Position numbers and translations under genes: made by a program. Of a stretch of DNA of 64,000 nucleotides, positions 40,014 to 50,274 are shown one piece after another; the stretch's first letter is position 1; each line of letters opens with the position of its first letter. Origin of the DNA: Bacteroidota bacterium (GTDB lineage: Bacteria; Bacteroidota; Bacteroidia; AKYH767-A; OLB10); contig JADKFA010000001.1 of the NCBI GenBank assembly GCA_016717725.1, positions 67,219-131,218 on the forward strand. Reading direction: 5' to 3'. Under the pieces are notes generated by a model. The model was given only the letters and a program-made list of their open reading frames with translations. It did no database searches and was not told the origin of the DNA.

Positions 40014-40883
40014 ATGAGAACTTCAACCAAGAAATATTTACTCCTTCGTTTACTAAAATATGTTTTGCTCGATATTTTAAAGAATAGAATGGTTCTTTTT
40101 TACACACTCTTTCTATTAGCTACGTCCTTAGGATTATTTAGCATGAGTGGTGATCCCACGAAAGGAATTGCAAGTCTACTTAATATAGTTCTCCTCGTTA
40201 GTCCGTTATTAAGTTTAATTTTTTCTACAATCTACTTTTACAATTCTTATGAGTTCATCGAGCTGTTGTCAGCTCAACCCATCCAAAGAAAAACTATTCT
40301 ATACAGTCAATATTGGGGGCTTTGTATTTCACTAATTGTAGCGCTGGTTATTGGACTTGGAATTCCACTATTAATTTTTGCTCCAGGGAAAGCTGCCCTT
40401 TCACTTCTTATCGTTTCTTGCGGACTCACCATGGCATTTGTTTCTTTAGCTTTACTTGCGGCGCTTCTCACAAGAGACAAAGCCAGAGGAATTGGATTAT
40501 CGCTACTTCTTTGGTTTTATTTTACGTTCATCTACGATGCTTTGATGCTGATGATCATGTTTGCCTACATTGATTATCCGATGGAAACACTTACGCTTAC
40601 TATGATCTCTTTAAATCCGATTGATTTAGCAAGAGTAATTGTATTATTGCAACTAGATGTATCCGCATTGATGGGATATACAGGAGCCATGCTTCAAGAT
40701 CTTTTTAGCAGTGGTAAAGGAGTTCTTTTAGCAAGCGGAGTGATGTTGATTTGGATATTAGCTCCTCTTAGATTAGCCATTAAACTTTTTAATAAAAGAG
40801 ATTTATGGAAAAAAATCCCTGAAGATGATAAGCACCTTCAGGGATTTTATTTTTTCTATCAAAAACAATTTTCATTGAATTGA
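40014..40883 (+). CDS. nosY: ABC-2 type permease NosY
   Basis: 6 TM segments, following nosF. The track ORF starts at 39894, but its first 40 aa are hydrophilic and atypical, so the start is uncertain. Confidence 0.7.
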   Translation: MRTSTKKYLLLRLLKYVLLDILKNRMVLFYTLFLLATSLGLFSMSGDPTKGIASLLNIVLLVSPLLSLIFSTIYFYNSYEFIELLSAQPIQRKTILYSQYWGLCISLIVALVIGLGIPLLIFAPGKAALSLLIVSCGLTMAFVSLALLAALLTRDKARGIGLSLLLWFYFTFIYDALMLMIMFAYIDYPMETLTLTMISLNPIDLARVIVLLQLDVSALMGYTGAMLQDLFSSGKGVLLASGVMLIWILAPLRLAIKLFNKRDLWKKIPEDDKHLQGFYFFYQKQFSLN

Positions 40884-40897
40884 TATTTCAAGATTTT

Positions 40898-42952
40898 TTA
40901 TCTCCCTTTAAATCTACATTTACCTTCTTCTAAATACTTTTTATAAGTATCTGCATCCGGTGTATATCCAACAGGTTTTGCTAGTAACTTACCTTGATGA
41001 TCGAGAAGTACATAATAGGGTTGCGAATTCGTTTGATAAATTCGACTCTGCATTTCGCTCCATTTATTTCCGGTTGTCTTCACTTTCTTATTTGTATAGG
41101 TGCTTACAAACTTTTTCGTCTCTGGCAATTCCGTTTTATCATCCACGTAAAGTGAAATTAATACATAATCTTCTGAAATTACTTTTAAGACGGCGGGTTG
41201 TGACCACACATTGTCTTCCATCTTACGGCAATTCACACAACTCCATCCCGTGAAATCTATCATCACGGGCTTACCCACTTGTTGCGCATAGGCCATCCCT
41301 TCCTCGTAATCGTGAAAGCAATTTAAATTATGCGGACATGTTCCTGCATGACTGCCACCTGCACTTGCTTCTGAGTCGGTGTTGGTCCACTCCTTGTAAA
41401 AATCGGGAGGTGGAAATCCGCTGATCGCTCTCAACGGTGCACCCCATAAACCTGGAATAAGATATACGGTAAATGACAATGTAATAATGGCTACAATCAA
41501 TCGACCTGTACCTAAATGATGCATGTCGCTATCATGAGAAAATTTCAATTTTCCTAAAAGATATAAACCCATCAAGCCAAAAATAACAATCCATATCGCG
41601 ATAAACACTTCACGTTTTAACAATCCCCAATGGTATGCCAAATCTACGTTCGATAAAAATTTCATTGCCAATGCTAACTCTAAAAATCCCAATACCACTT
41701 TCACCGAATTCAACCATCCACCCGATTTAGGAAGTGTATTGAGCCAACCTGGAAAAGCAGCAAACAATCCGAAGGGCAATGCCAATGCTAGTGCAAAGCC
41801 AGTCATTCCCATGATAGGTCCGAGGTAAGACGAGCCTCGGGCTGCTTCCACCAACAAAGTGCCGATGATAGGTCCAGTACAGGAGAAAGAAACCAAGCTT
41901 AATGTAAATGCCATAAAGAAAATTCCAACTAAGCCGCCTTTATCAGAAGCTTGATCTGCTTTATTGACCCATGATGATGGCAATGTAATTTCGAATGCAC
42001 CGAAGAATGATAAAGCAAAAATGAAAAAGATAACAAAGAACAACATATTAAAAAACACATTACTTGCCATCGCATTCAGCGCATCGGAACCAAGCGTAAC
42101 CGTGACTAAAAACCCAAGGATCACATAAATTAAAATTATGGATGTAGAATAAATAATTGCATTTGCTATTCCTTTTTGACGTGTTGGACTTCTCTTCGTA
42201 AAAAAACTTACGGTAAGTGGTATCATAGGAAATACGCATGGAGTGAGCAAGGCTAGTAAACCGCCAAGCATTCCAGCAATAAAAATTCCCCAATATGATT
42301 TATCATCTTCCACAATAATTCCATCACCACAACCTGCTTCCAAATGAGAAGCGTCGCTACTGGGTTCAGGAATACGACCATTCGCCAATTTTTCATCAAC
42401 AGGAATTGTAGTCGTCACTTCCGCTGATGAGTCAACTGGAAGAGGATTACTCGCTTCCACATCCACAACAGGAGTTACTTCTTCAACCTTATTTCCTTTA
42501 ATAGAAAGCGAAAAAGAAGTATCGGCATAAACACAAGCTTTATCATCACAAATCTGATACTCGATATTTCCTTCGACCTTAAAACTATTTTGATTATTCA
42601 ATTTAATTTTCTGTGTGAAAACCGGAGTTCCGCTAAACGACCAAACATCCACTTCAAAAACATCGTCAAAATCAACATGTGGTTTTCCTTCAGCCGTTTT
42701 ACCTACAAGTGTAAAATTTTTACTTTTCTCAAAACTGATCACCGTTGGAGAAGGTCCACCCGGAGGTGTGTTTTGCGAATAGATATGAAAACCTTTCGGC
42801 ACATTTGCTTTAATGGTAACGATGGCTTCATCCGTTTTCTGTTCGATGGAGAAATTCCATTTTACACTATTCTGAATTTGAGCACTTGCGGTTAAGAAGT
42901 TAACCAGAAAAAATAGGAAGATGAGTGGGGAATATAATTTACTACTTTTCAT
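40898..42952 (-). CDS. dsbD: thiol:disulfide interchange protein DsbD (N-terminal domain, CcdA-like TM core, C-terminal thioredoxin)
   Basis: Signal peptide, TM core with [10 protein letters not shown] and SCTGP, and a C-terminal WCVNC thioredoxin motif. Confidence 0.85.
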   Translation of the reverse strand: MKSSKLYSPLIFLFFLVNFLTASAQIQNSVKWNFSIEQKTDEAIVTIKANVPKGFHIYSQNTPPGGPSPTVISFEKSKNFTLVGKTAEGKPHVDFDDVFEVDVWSFSGTPVFTQKIKLNNQNSFKVEGNIEYQICDDKACVYADTSFSLSIKGNKVEEVTPVVDVEASNPLPVDSSAEVTTTIPVDEKLANGRIPEPSSDASHLEAGCGDGIIVEDDKSYWGIFIAGMLGGLLALLTPCVFPMIPLTVSFFTKRSPTRQKGIANAIIYSTSIILIYVILGFLVTVTLGSDALNAMASNVFFNMLFFVIFFIFALSFFGAFEITLPSSWVNKADQASDKGGLVGIFFMAFTLSLVSFSCTGPIIGTLLVEAARGSSYLGPIMGMTGFALALALPFGLFAAFPGWLNTLPKSGGWLNSVKVVLGFLELALAMKFLSNVDLAYHWGLLKREVFIAIWIVIFGLMGLYLLGKLKFSHDSDMHHLGTGRLIVAIITLSFTVYLIPGLWGAPLRAISGFPPPDFYKEWTNTDSEASAGGSHAGTCPHNLNCFHDYEEGMAYAQQVGKPVMIDFTGWSCVNCRKMEDNVWSQPAVLKVISEDYVLISLYVDDKTELPETKKFVSTYTNKKVKTTGNKWSEMQSRIYQTNSQPYYVLLDHQGKLLAKPVGYTPDADTYKKYLEEGKCRFKGR

Positions 42953-43033
42953 ACAGTTCAATAAATCGATAGGAGTCTCAAAGATAAGGAAAGGAGTTAA
43001 ACGGAATAGATCGTTTTTATTGCTCTAAAACGT

Positions 43034-43669
43034 TCATTTTGAACTGTCTTTAATATAGAAATAGGATACTTTCTCTTCCACATCATCAAATGTTACGGGG
43101 TCTTTATCCCAAAAAGTATAGAAATAACTCACGAGAGCGAAGTCGCCCGAGCATCCGGCAGTATGCATAAAAAGAGCGCCCATCCAAATAAAAAACTGAG
43201 AAGCAGGTGCTAAAAAAATGACTAGAATTAACGCAGAATTTATGACCACAAACGGAGCCAATGCAATAAACATAAAGGGCACTTTATACGTAACAAATTT
43301 ATCGGCCATTGCATAAAAAATAAATTTTTTCCAAACCGCTTTATAACTTACTTTGTTTGCACCCGCACATCGATACACAAACCCATGTATTAATTCATGA
43401 ATGGGAACTAATAAAAAAAAGAGCGCAATGCCAAGCGAGAACTCTGATACATGTTTCATAAAAGCTCCTGAGTTTATTAAACTATAGACCGAAATCACAA
43501 GCAATGAAAGTGAAAAAATTCCATAGAACATCATCACTAGATTTCTTCTAAAAAAATAAGGTTTGATGAAATCAGCTATTTCGGTATGGGTTAAGGTAGA
43601 TTGAAGGGTGTAGCCTTCGGTTTCCAGTTGGTGGTGATTTAAGGAATTGCTCATAGTTAGAAATAACAA
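43034..43669 (-). CDS. DUF3267-like membrane protein (putative zincin, HELIH motif)
   Basis: HELIHG motif within a polytopic membrane protein. Confidence 0.5.
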   Translation of the reverse strand: MLFLTMSNSLNHHQLETEGYTLQSTLTHTEIADFIKPYFFRRNLVMMFYGIFSLSLLVISVYSLINSGAFMKHVSEFSLGIALFFLLVPIHELIHGFVYRCAGANKVSYKAVWKKFIFYAMADKFVTYKVPFMFIALAPFVVINSALILVIFLAPASQFFIWMGALFMHTAGCSGDFALVSYFYTFWDKDPVTFDDVEEKVSYFYIKDSSK

Positions 43670-43764
43670 TCATGAAATTTAATAGTTTCAAAACTAATAA
43701 TGTTTTGAAGCAAACAAAAATAACTCATATATTTTTTATCTTCGTCTGACTAAAATCAAAAGCA

Positions 43765-44301
43765 ATGGATGTTCAAGACCCCCGCTACCCTATCGGCAAA
43801 TATTTGCCTCAGGCAGACTTTACAAAAGAAGTGATGGAAAACTGGCTAGCCATCATTGCTGCACTGCCGACACAATTAGACTTGGCTATTAAAAATCTGA
43901 ATGATGATCAGCTCGATACTCCCTATCGTGATGGTGGCTGGACTGTTCGACAGGTGGTACATCATGTTGCCGATAGTCATATGAACGCCTATATTCGATT
44001 TAAACTCGCATTAACAGAAGAGAATCCCACTATTAAACCTTATCAAGAAGAACGTTGGGCAGAACTCGCCGATTCAAAATATGGAACTCTGGAAGATTCA
44101 CTTATGTTGTTAAAAGTACTACATAGTAAATGGAGTCATGTAATGCAAAATATGTCGGACGAAGAATGGGATCGTACTTTTACGCACCCACAGTACAATC
44201 GTGTATCCACCTTGAAATTCAATCTCGGACTCTACGCTTGGCATAGTCAACATCACACGGCGCATATTACGCATTTGCGGAGTCGTAAAGGATGGATTTA
44301 G
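43765..44301 (+). CDS. YfiT/DinB-family metal-dependent (bacillithiol-transferase-like) protein
   Basis: RYPIGKY start and the His triad VVHHVADSH .. HSQHHTAHI. Confidence 0.7.
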   Translation: MDVQDPRYPIGKYLPQADFTKEVMENWLAIIAALPTQLDLAIKNLNDDQLDTPYRDGGWTVRQVVHHVADSHMNAYIRFKLALTEENPTIKPYQEERWAELADSKYGTLEDSLMLLKVLHSKWSHVMQNMSDEEWDRTFTHPQYNRVSTLKFNLGLYAWHSQHHTAHITHLRSRKGWI

Positions 44302-44352
44302 GTTTGATAGTGTTTGTTGGAGGGATATAGTTTTTTGCTTCGGATGTTGTAG

Positions 44353-44432
44353 GATGCTCGATGCTCGATGCTCGTCCCGATAGCTATCGGGACTCGATGC
44401 TCGATACTCGATATTGGTCGCGAAGCCTCGCA
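44353..44432. repeat. GC-rich palindromic repeat module: (gatgctc)n - gtcccgatagctatcgggac - (tcgatgc)n - tcgcgaagcctcgc
   Basis: Read directly. The same core palindromes recur at 50310-50327 and 50353-50396, and partially at 1287-1301. Confidence 0.6.
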
Positions 44433-44482
44433 ACTGGATGCTGGATTGCAAATTATAGGCTTCAAGATACTAATTGTTAGCT

Positions 44483-44553
44483 AACCCAGAATGGGTGACA
44501 TTATTATAACGAAATGCATCTTTCGATCATAAACCCAGAATGGGTGACATTAT
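44483..44553. repeat. Two direct copies of a 22-bp element (aacccagaatgggtgacattat), 49 bp apart, upstream of the 35-bp array
   Basis: The copies are at 44483-44504 and 44532-44553. Each contains the inverted repeat accca-gaa-tgggt. Confidence 0.7.
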
Positions 44554-44689
44554 GGATTTATAATACAAACGAAAATTTATTTGTTGATTTAAGATTCTAT
44601 TACCTTCCAAATCTTCGATTACAATTATACCTTTTTATTTCACCCTTTCAGGGTTTCTATCTGATGATTCTTGACTTTTCTATAATAAT

Positions 44690-45900
44690 TTCATCCCTAC
44701 GGGATTATAGAGCGATTCAATTAATTTCATTCTTCTGGATTAAGAGCAGGTTTAATTAATTTCATCCTTCGGGATTATAGAGCGATTCAATTAATTTCAT
44801 TCTTCTGGATTAAGAGCAGGTTTAATTAATTTCATCCTTCGGGATTATAGAGTGATTCAATTAATTTCATCCTTCGGGATTATAGAGCGATGCAATTAAT
44901 TTCATTCTTCTGGATTAAGAGCAGGTTTAATTAATTTCATCCTTCGGGATTATAGAGCGATTCAATTAATTTCATTCTTCTGGATTAAGAGCAGGTTTAA
45001 TTAATTTCATCCTTCGGGATTATAGAGTGATTCAATTAATTTCATTCTTCTGGATTAAGAGCAGGTTTAATTAATTTCATCCTTCGGGATTATAGAGTGA
45101 TTCAATTAATTTCATCCTTCTGGATTAAGAGCAGGTTTAATTAATTTCATCCTGCGGGATTATAGAGTGATTCAATTAATTTCATTCTTCGGGATTATAG
45201 AGCGATTCAATTAATTTCATCCTTCTGGATTAAAAGCAGGTTTAATTAATTTCATCCTTCGGGATTAAAAGCAGGTTTAATTAATTTCATCCTTCGGGAT
45301 TAAAAGCAGGTTTAATTAATTTCATCCTTCGGGATTAAAAGCAGGTTTAATTAATTTCATCCTTCGGGATTATAGAGCGATTCAATTAATTTCATCCTTC
45401 GGGATTAAGAACAGGTTCAATTAATTTCATCCTTCGGGATTATAGATTGATTCAATTAATTTCATTCTTCGGGATTATAGAGCGATTCAATTAATTTCAT
45501 CCTTCGGGATTAAAAGCAGGTTTAATTAATTTCATCCTTCGGGATTATAGAGTGATTCAATTAATTTCATTCTTCGGGATTAAAAGCAGGTTTAATTAAT
45601 TTCATCCTTCGGGATTAAAAGCAGGTTTAATTAATTTCATCCTTCGGGATTAAAAGCAGGTTTAATTAATTTCATCCTACGGGATTATAGAGCGATTCAA
45701 TTAATTTCATCCTTCGGGATTAAAAGCAGGTTTAATTAATTTCATCCTTCGGGATAATAGAGCGATTCAATTAATTTCATTCTTCGGGATTAAAGCAGGT
45801 TTAATTAATTTCATCCTTCGGGATTATAGAGCGATTCAATTAATTTCATCCTTCGGGATTAAAAGCAGGTTTAATTAATTTCATTACTTAGGGATTATTC
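44690..45900. repeat. Non-coding tandem array of about 35 copies of a 35-bp unit, in two interleaved subtypes
   Basis: The unit core is AATTAATTTCAT(C/T)CTTC(G/T)GGATTA. The tail is either TAGAG(C/T)GATTC or A(A/G)AGCAGGTTT. The period is 35 (checked at 44761/44796/44831). Stops occur in all frames. Confidence 0.9.
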
Positions 45901-45913
45901 ATGCGAACATTTC

Positions 45914-46969
45914 TTACTCATACCGCAATCGATGAATCAAATAGATTAACGCGGCGAAGAGGAAGAAAGCAAATGCCTGGTGCAGCACACCCAACACAAT
46001 GGGAACACTGAATAAAAGTGTAACTATTCCCAATAAAACTTGACCAAATATGCCCTCCATCAAAATATATACAGCTCGTTTTTGCGAACGATGTAAGGTG
46101 GGCATTTTGAAAATTTTTATCATGAAAACAATTGTAAATATCGTGAGTATGTAGGCTAATCCACGATGTATAAATTGCATACTTGCTAAATTATTTATTA
46201 AAGAAGAAATTCCATCTTTTTGAAATGAATAGCCTATCGCTTCAGGCACCCAATCGTCGTACATTTTAGGCCATGTATTGTAAATCAGTCCTGCTTTAGA
46301 ACCCGCGACAAAAGCACCATAGATAATTTGCAAAGTGAGTAACCCCAATAATATTTTAGCTGCCTTTCTGAACTTCGTTACTTCTCTACCGTTACCCGCC
46401 TTCCGATCGAAGAGCTGAGTAAGTGCTACCCAAAAGATATATCCGAACGTAATGAATGCAAAGGTGAGATGGATCGCCAAGCGGATATGACTTACACGTA
46501 CATTTTGAGTAAGTCCGCTCGACACCATATACCATCCTAAAAAGCCTTGCAAGCCTCCCAGCACGAACATAAATAATAATTTAGGTAACAACTCCACCGT
46601 AATCGCTTTCCTCCACAAAAAGTAAATCAACCCAAACAAAAACACAACGCCAATGAGTCGACCAAACAATCGATGTATAAACTCCCAGAAATAAATAAAT
46701 TTAAAATCCGCTAATTCGAAATGTGAATTTTGCTGTTGATATTGCGGAATCTGCTTGTACTTTTCAAATGCCTCTAGCCATTGCGCTTCGTTTAATGGAG
46801 GAATACTTCCGCTAATCACTTTCCATTCGGTGATTGATAATCCAGAACCCGTGAGTCGAGTGATCCCTCCAACTACCACCATGCCGAATACTAAAAAACA
46901 TCCGGTGAAAAGCCACAGCAACACTTGACTTTTATACTTTTCTGAATGAATACTGCTTAATACTTCCAC
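45914..46969 (-). CDS. ctaA: heme A synthase (COX15/CtaA family)
   Basis: 8 TM segments with conserved His in TM helices (HR..G, H pairs), 351 aa. Confidence 0.8.
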   Translation of the reverse strand: MEVLSSIHSEKYKSQVLLWLFTGCFLVFGMVVVGGITRLTGSGLSITEWKVISGSIPPLNEAQWLEAFEKYKQIPQYQQQNSHFELADFKFIYFWEFIHRLFGRLIGVVFLFGLIYFLWRKAITVELLPKLLFMFVLGGLQGFLGWYMVSSGLTQNVRVSHIRLAIHLTFAFITFGYIFWVALTQLFDRKAGNGREVTKFRKAAKILLGLLTLQIIYGAFVAGSKAGLIYNTWPKMYDDWVPEAIGYSFQKDGISSLINNLASMQFIHRGLAYILTIFTIVFMIKIFKMPTLHRSQKRAVYILMEGIFGQVLLGIVTLLFSVPIVLGVLHQAFAFFLFAALIYLIHRLRYE

Positions 46970-46980
46970 AACGTATCAAT

Positions 46981-48258
46981 TTAGGATGCAACAATTTCTT
47001 TCATGACCAATTGCGCGGTGGTTCGACTTCGTTGTTCCAACAAAATTTCACGCCCTTGCGACAAGTTCTCAATGGTGGAAGGATAATAATAACGGATGGT
47101 ATACAATTGCAATCCTTCGTTATATCGAACCCAATAATCTTTCTTCAATAACTCAATCAACTTAGACGTTTTATATTTATCATCATCAAAACAAACCGAG
47201 AAAGAGATGGCAGAATTTTGCATCAAATTCATCTTCACCCCACAGGCTGCGAACGTTGCAAAAATTGAACTTAAGTTATCCTCGGCAATGAATGCAAAAT
47301 CCTTTGCTGCTAAGGAAACCAACACTTGATCGCTCTTAAAAATAAAAGAAGGAACTTGTGGTTTTGTTGTTAAATCTTTACCTACAATAGTGCCTTTCCC
47401 TTGCGGTTGCAAAAACGACTTTACGTAGAGCGGAATATTTTTATTCTCGAGTGGCTTAATGGTTTTCGGATGAATTACCGAAGCACCATAATATGCCAAT
47501 TCAATAGCATCATGATAACTCAATTGCTCGAGTTTTTGTGCATCATTAAAATATTTTGGATCGGCGTTTAATACTCCGGGAACATCTTTCCAGATGGTTA
47601 CCGATTCTCCATCCAACAAATGCGCGAGAATTGCTGCGGTATAGTCAGATCCTTCACGACCTAATGTGGTGGTGAAATTTTCGCTCGTAGCACCAATAAA
47701 ACCTTGAGTAACAACAATGGGATTACGATCATTTATTAACGATGGAATTATTTGTTTCACTCGCTTTTCACTTTCAACCCAATCTACTTTTCCCTCACGA
47801 TAGGTATTATCGGTATGAATACAATCACGAATATCTAACCACTTACAGGCAATGCCTTGAGCATCCAAATACGATTGTACAATCGTTGTTGACACTAACT
47901 CTCCAATGGAAACAATCTGATCATAAACAAAATCAAATGAGCGAGGTTCTTCTTCCAATACCCAATCGATCTCCACAAAAAAATTATTTACTTTTTCATA
48001 AACGGGCGCATTCGAATCAGGAAATAAATTTTCAAGTATCGTATCGTGATACGCTTTCACTTCTTGCAAACAGGCAATGGCTTCACCCGTTTTATTACAA
48101 TGCGCTTTCACCACTTTCTCCAAGCCATTGGTAGTTTTACCCATGGCAGAAATAACTACGACCAAGGGCTCGCCAGGAAAGAGTCGAATAATTGCAGCTA
48201 CATTTTTTACAGACTCTGCATCTTTTACGGATGCTCCTCCAAACTTAAATATTTTCAT
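46981..48258 (-). CDS. lysC: aspartate kinase
   Basis: MKIFKFGGASV start, GREGSDYTA, and C-terminal ACT domains. Confidence 0.85.
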   Translation of the reverse strand: MKIFKFGGASVKDAESVKNVAAIIRLFPGEPLVVVISAMGKTTNGLEKVVKAHCNKTGEAIACLQEVKAYHDTILENLFPDSNAPVYEKVNNFFVEIDWVLEEEPRSFDFVYDQIVSIGELVSTTIVQSYLDAQGIACKWLDIRDCIHTDNTYREGKVDWVESEKRVKQIIPSLINDRNPIVVTQGFIGATSENFTTTLGREGSDYTAAILAHLLDGESVTIWKDVPGVLNADPKYFNDAQKLEQLSYHDAIELAYYGASVIHPKTIKPLENKNIPLYVKSFLQPQGKGTIVGKDLTTKPQVPSFIFKSDQVLVSLAAKDFAFIAEDNLSSIFATFAACGVKMNLMQNSAISFSVCFDDDKYKTSKLIELLKKDYWVRYNEGLQLYTIRYYYPSTIENLSQGREILLEQRSRTTAQLVMKEIVAS

Positions 48259-48280
48259 TTCCTACTATCTACTTCAATTA

Positions 48281-48748
48281 TTAAAAATTATTAATTTGAT
48301 GATGGGTCATCTTGCAATTAATCCATTCGCCATCCATATTCGCATTATACTTTTTGTAAAAGTGAATAGCAGGTTCATTCCAATCCAGTACTTGCCAATG
48401 CAATTGCTTAGCTTGTAATCGTTGCGAATCCTTCACCACTTCGTTAAATAGCATACTTCCAATTTTATTACCGCGCATACTTTCGGTCACCACTATATCA
48501 TCTAAATAAACACCTTTACCTTTCCATGTAGAATATTTCATGTGATAAATTGCTGTTCCCACAATTTTATTTTCTACTTCCGCCACTAAGCAAAAAAAGA
48601 CAGGATGATCGCCAAATCCATCCACCAACATATCCTCCACGGTATTCGACACTTCATTTGGAGCTTTCTCATACACAGCCAATTCATAAATCAATCCATG
48701 CACCGATGGCATGTCCTCTTTCGTACCTTTGCGAATTGAAATATTCAT
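48281..48748 (-). CDS. GNAT N-acetyltransferase (diamine/spermidine acetyltransferase-like)
   Basis: IRKGTKEDM start and an RGNKIGSML motif. Confidence 0.75.
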   Translation of the reverse strand: MNISIRKGTKEDMPSVHGLIYELAVYEKAPNEVSNTVEDMLVDGFGDHPVFFCLVAEVENKIVGTAIYHMKYSTWKGKGVYLDDIVVTESMRGNKIGSMLFNEVVKDSQRLQAKQLHWQVLDWNEPAIHFYKKYNANMDGEWINCKMTHHQINNF

Positions 48749-48883
48749 GGCTGCAAAAGTAAATCATTCTAGCCCTTATACCGTCACTAGTTATAAAATA
48801 GTCCGATTGATTAAACAAGTTAATGTGGCAACAAAAAATAGTGGACTAATCTCTTCATCCAATTGGTATTAATTGATCATAAA

Positions 48884-49662
48884 ATGAAACTACATTATAG
48901 AATTATCGGCGAAGGAAATCCAGTTCTCCTTTTACATGGATTATTTGGCATGAGCGATAATTTACAAAGCTTTGGTCGTCAACTTGCTGAAAAAAACCAC
49001 CAAGTGATCATCGTTGACCTTAGAAACCACGGACAATCGCCTCATGATTCCAACCATTCTTATCAACTTATGGCAGATGATATCGTGGAATTGCTAGCAG
49101 AATTAAGATTGACCAAAGTGGACATTATTGGGCATAGCATGGGCGGGAAAGTGGTATTAAAACTACTAAACTCCCACGCTGATAAAATAAATAAAGCCGT
49201 TGTTATAGATATTGCTCCTTGGTTTTATCCTATACATCATCGTGAAATTTTAGATGCTTTACTGTCGATTGACTTAAGCGTAATTCGTACACGCAAAGAA
49301 GCGGAAAGAGCATTAGCAGAAAACATCAAAGACCAAGGAACCCTTTTCTTCTTACTTAAAAATTTATATTGGGAAAAACCAGAACAGTTAGCATGGCGAT
49401 TTAATTTACAATCGATCAATCAACACATAAAAAAATAGGTGAAGAGACATGGCCCGATAAAATTATTGTTACTCCCATCCTTTTCGTAAGAGGAGAAAAA
49501 TCCAATTACATCGATCCCTATCGCATGAATGAAATTTTAAAATGGTTTCCGAATGCTGAATTTGCTGAAATAAAAAATTCAGGTCATTGGGTGCATGCGG
49601 AGCAGCCGATGGCATTGTTGGATGTGGTAGATGAATATATATCCCCATTGTCTCGGGACTAA
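48884..49662 (+). pseudogene. alpha/beta hydrolase, with one frameshift in an A7 run at ~49426-49432
   Basis: HGLFG oxyanion motif, GHSMGG nucleophile elbow, and a downstream frame with GHWVHAEQP. Adding one A restores HIKKIGEETWPDK. Confidence 0.75.
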
Positions 49663-49670
49663 AGCCCCGA
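49651..49670. terminator. Short hairpin between the convergent hydrolase and gldD genes
   Basis: tctcggg-actaaag(c)-cccgaga has a 7-bp stem. Confidence 0.35.
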
Positions 49671-49676
49671 GATAGT

Positions 49677-50252
49677 CTATTTCCACTCCAAACTCTTCAA
49701 TAAATGAATGACATCCTCTCGCAAATAATTTTGAACGGGGGCGAGAGAATCGGCATTGGGGAGAACGTTGAAATAGATCGCTCCTCTTAAAAAATGATTG
49801 ACGCTATCGGTCACAAAAAATTGTGTTGCGGAAGCGGCATCTCCACCGAGGGTATAGATCACACCACTCACTCCAGGTTTAAACTGAATTACTTGTTCAT
49901 CAATAGAACTTGCTCGTGCAGTATGTTTGTAAACTAAAGTATGTGTGTCCTCTAAATATTTATCGACATCGCCATGCAAGGGTTTGTAGGTTAAATACAG
50001 TTGCGCATTTAAGGTAGGCATGATCAAATAATACCAACAAGGTTCAGAAACAGAGTTGGTATCCTTCACAGCTATGGCATAATCCGGAATTTCAAATTTG
50101 TATGGACATCCCTCTGGATTAAACATCTCATAGGTACGCGCAGGCAATTCAATTCTAAAAAATCCACGAGGTTTGGGATGCGTTTCTTCTTCACCGCAGG
50201 AAGAAATTAAAACGTTACACAATATAAATGCAATTAGAATTTTTATTTTCAT
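49677..50252 (-). CDS. gldD: gliding motility lipoprotein GldD
   Basis: Lipobox ISSCG and PKPRGFFRIELP near the N-terminus, ~190 aa. The ssb and mutY neighbours match the known flavobacterial synteny. Confidence 0.7.
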   Translation of the reverse strand: MKIKILIAFILCNVLISSCGEEETHPKPRGFFRIELPARTYEMFNPEGCPYKFEIPDYAIAVKDTNSVSEPCWYYLIMPTLNAQLYLTYKPLHGDVDKYLEDTHTLVYKHTARASSIDEQVIQFKPGVSGVIYTLGGDAASATQFFVTDSVNHFLRGAIYFNVLPNADSLAPVQNYLREDVIHLLKSLEWK

Positions 50253-50274
50253 TGAGCTGCAAAGATGGATTATT

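Noticed and set aside
44514-44759. The track ORF (81 aa) running into the repeat array might be a repeat protein.
   Set aside because: It starts in AT-rich leader DNA and reads through only the first two units. A 35-bp period cannot maintain a frame, and TAA/TAG codons in the units block all frames.
44690-45900. The regular array could be a CRISPR locus.
   Set aside because: The period is only 35 bp. The variable part is ~11 nt and exists in just two recurring forms rather than unique spacers. No cas genes are in the window.
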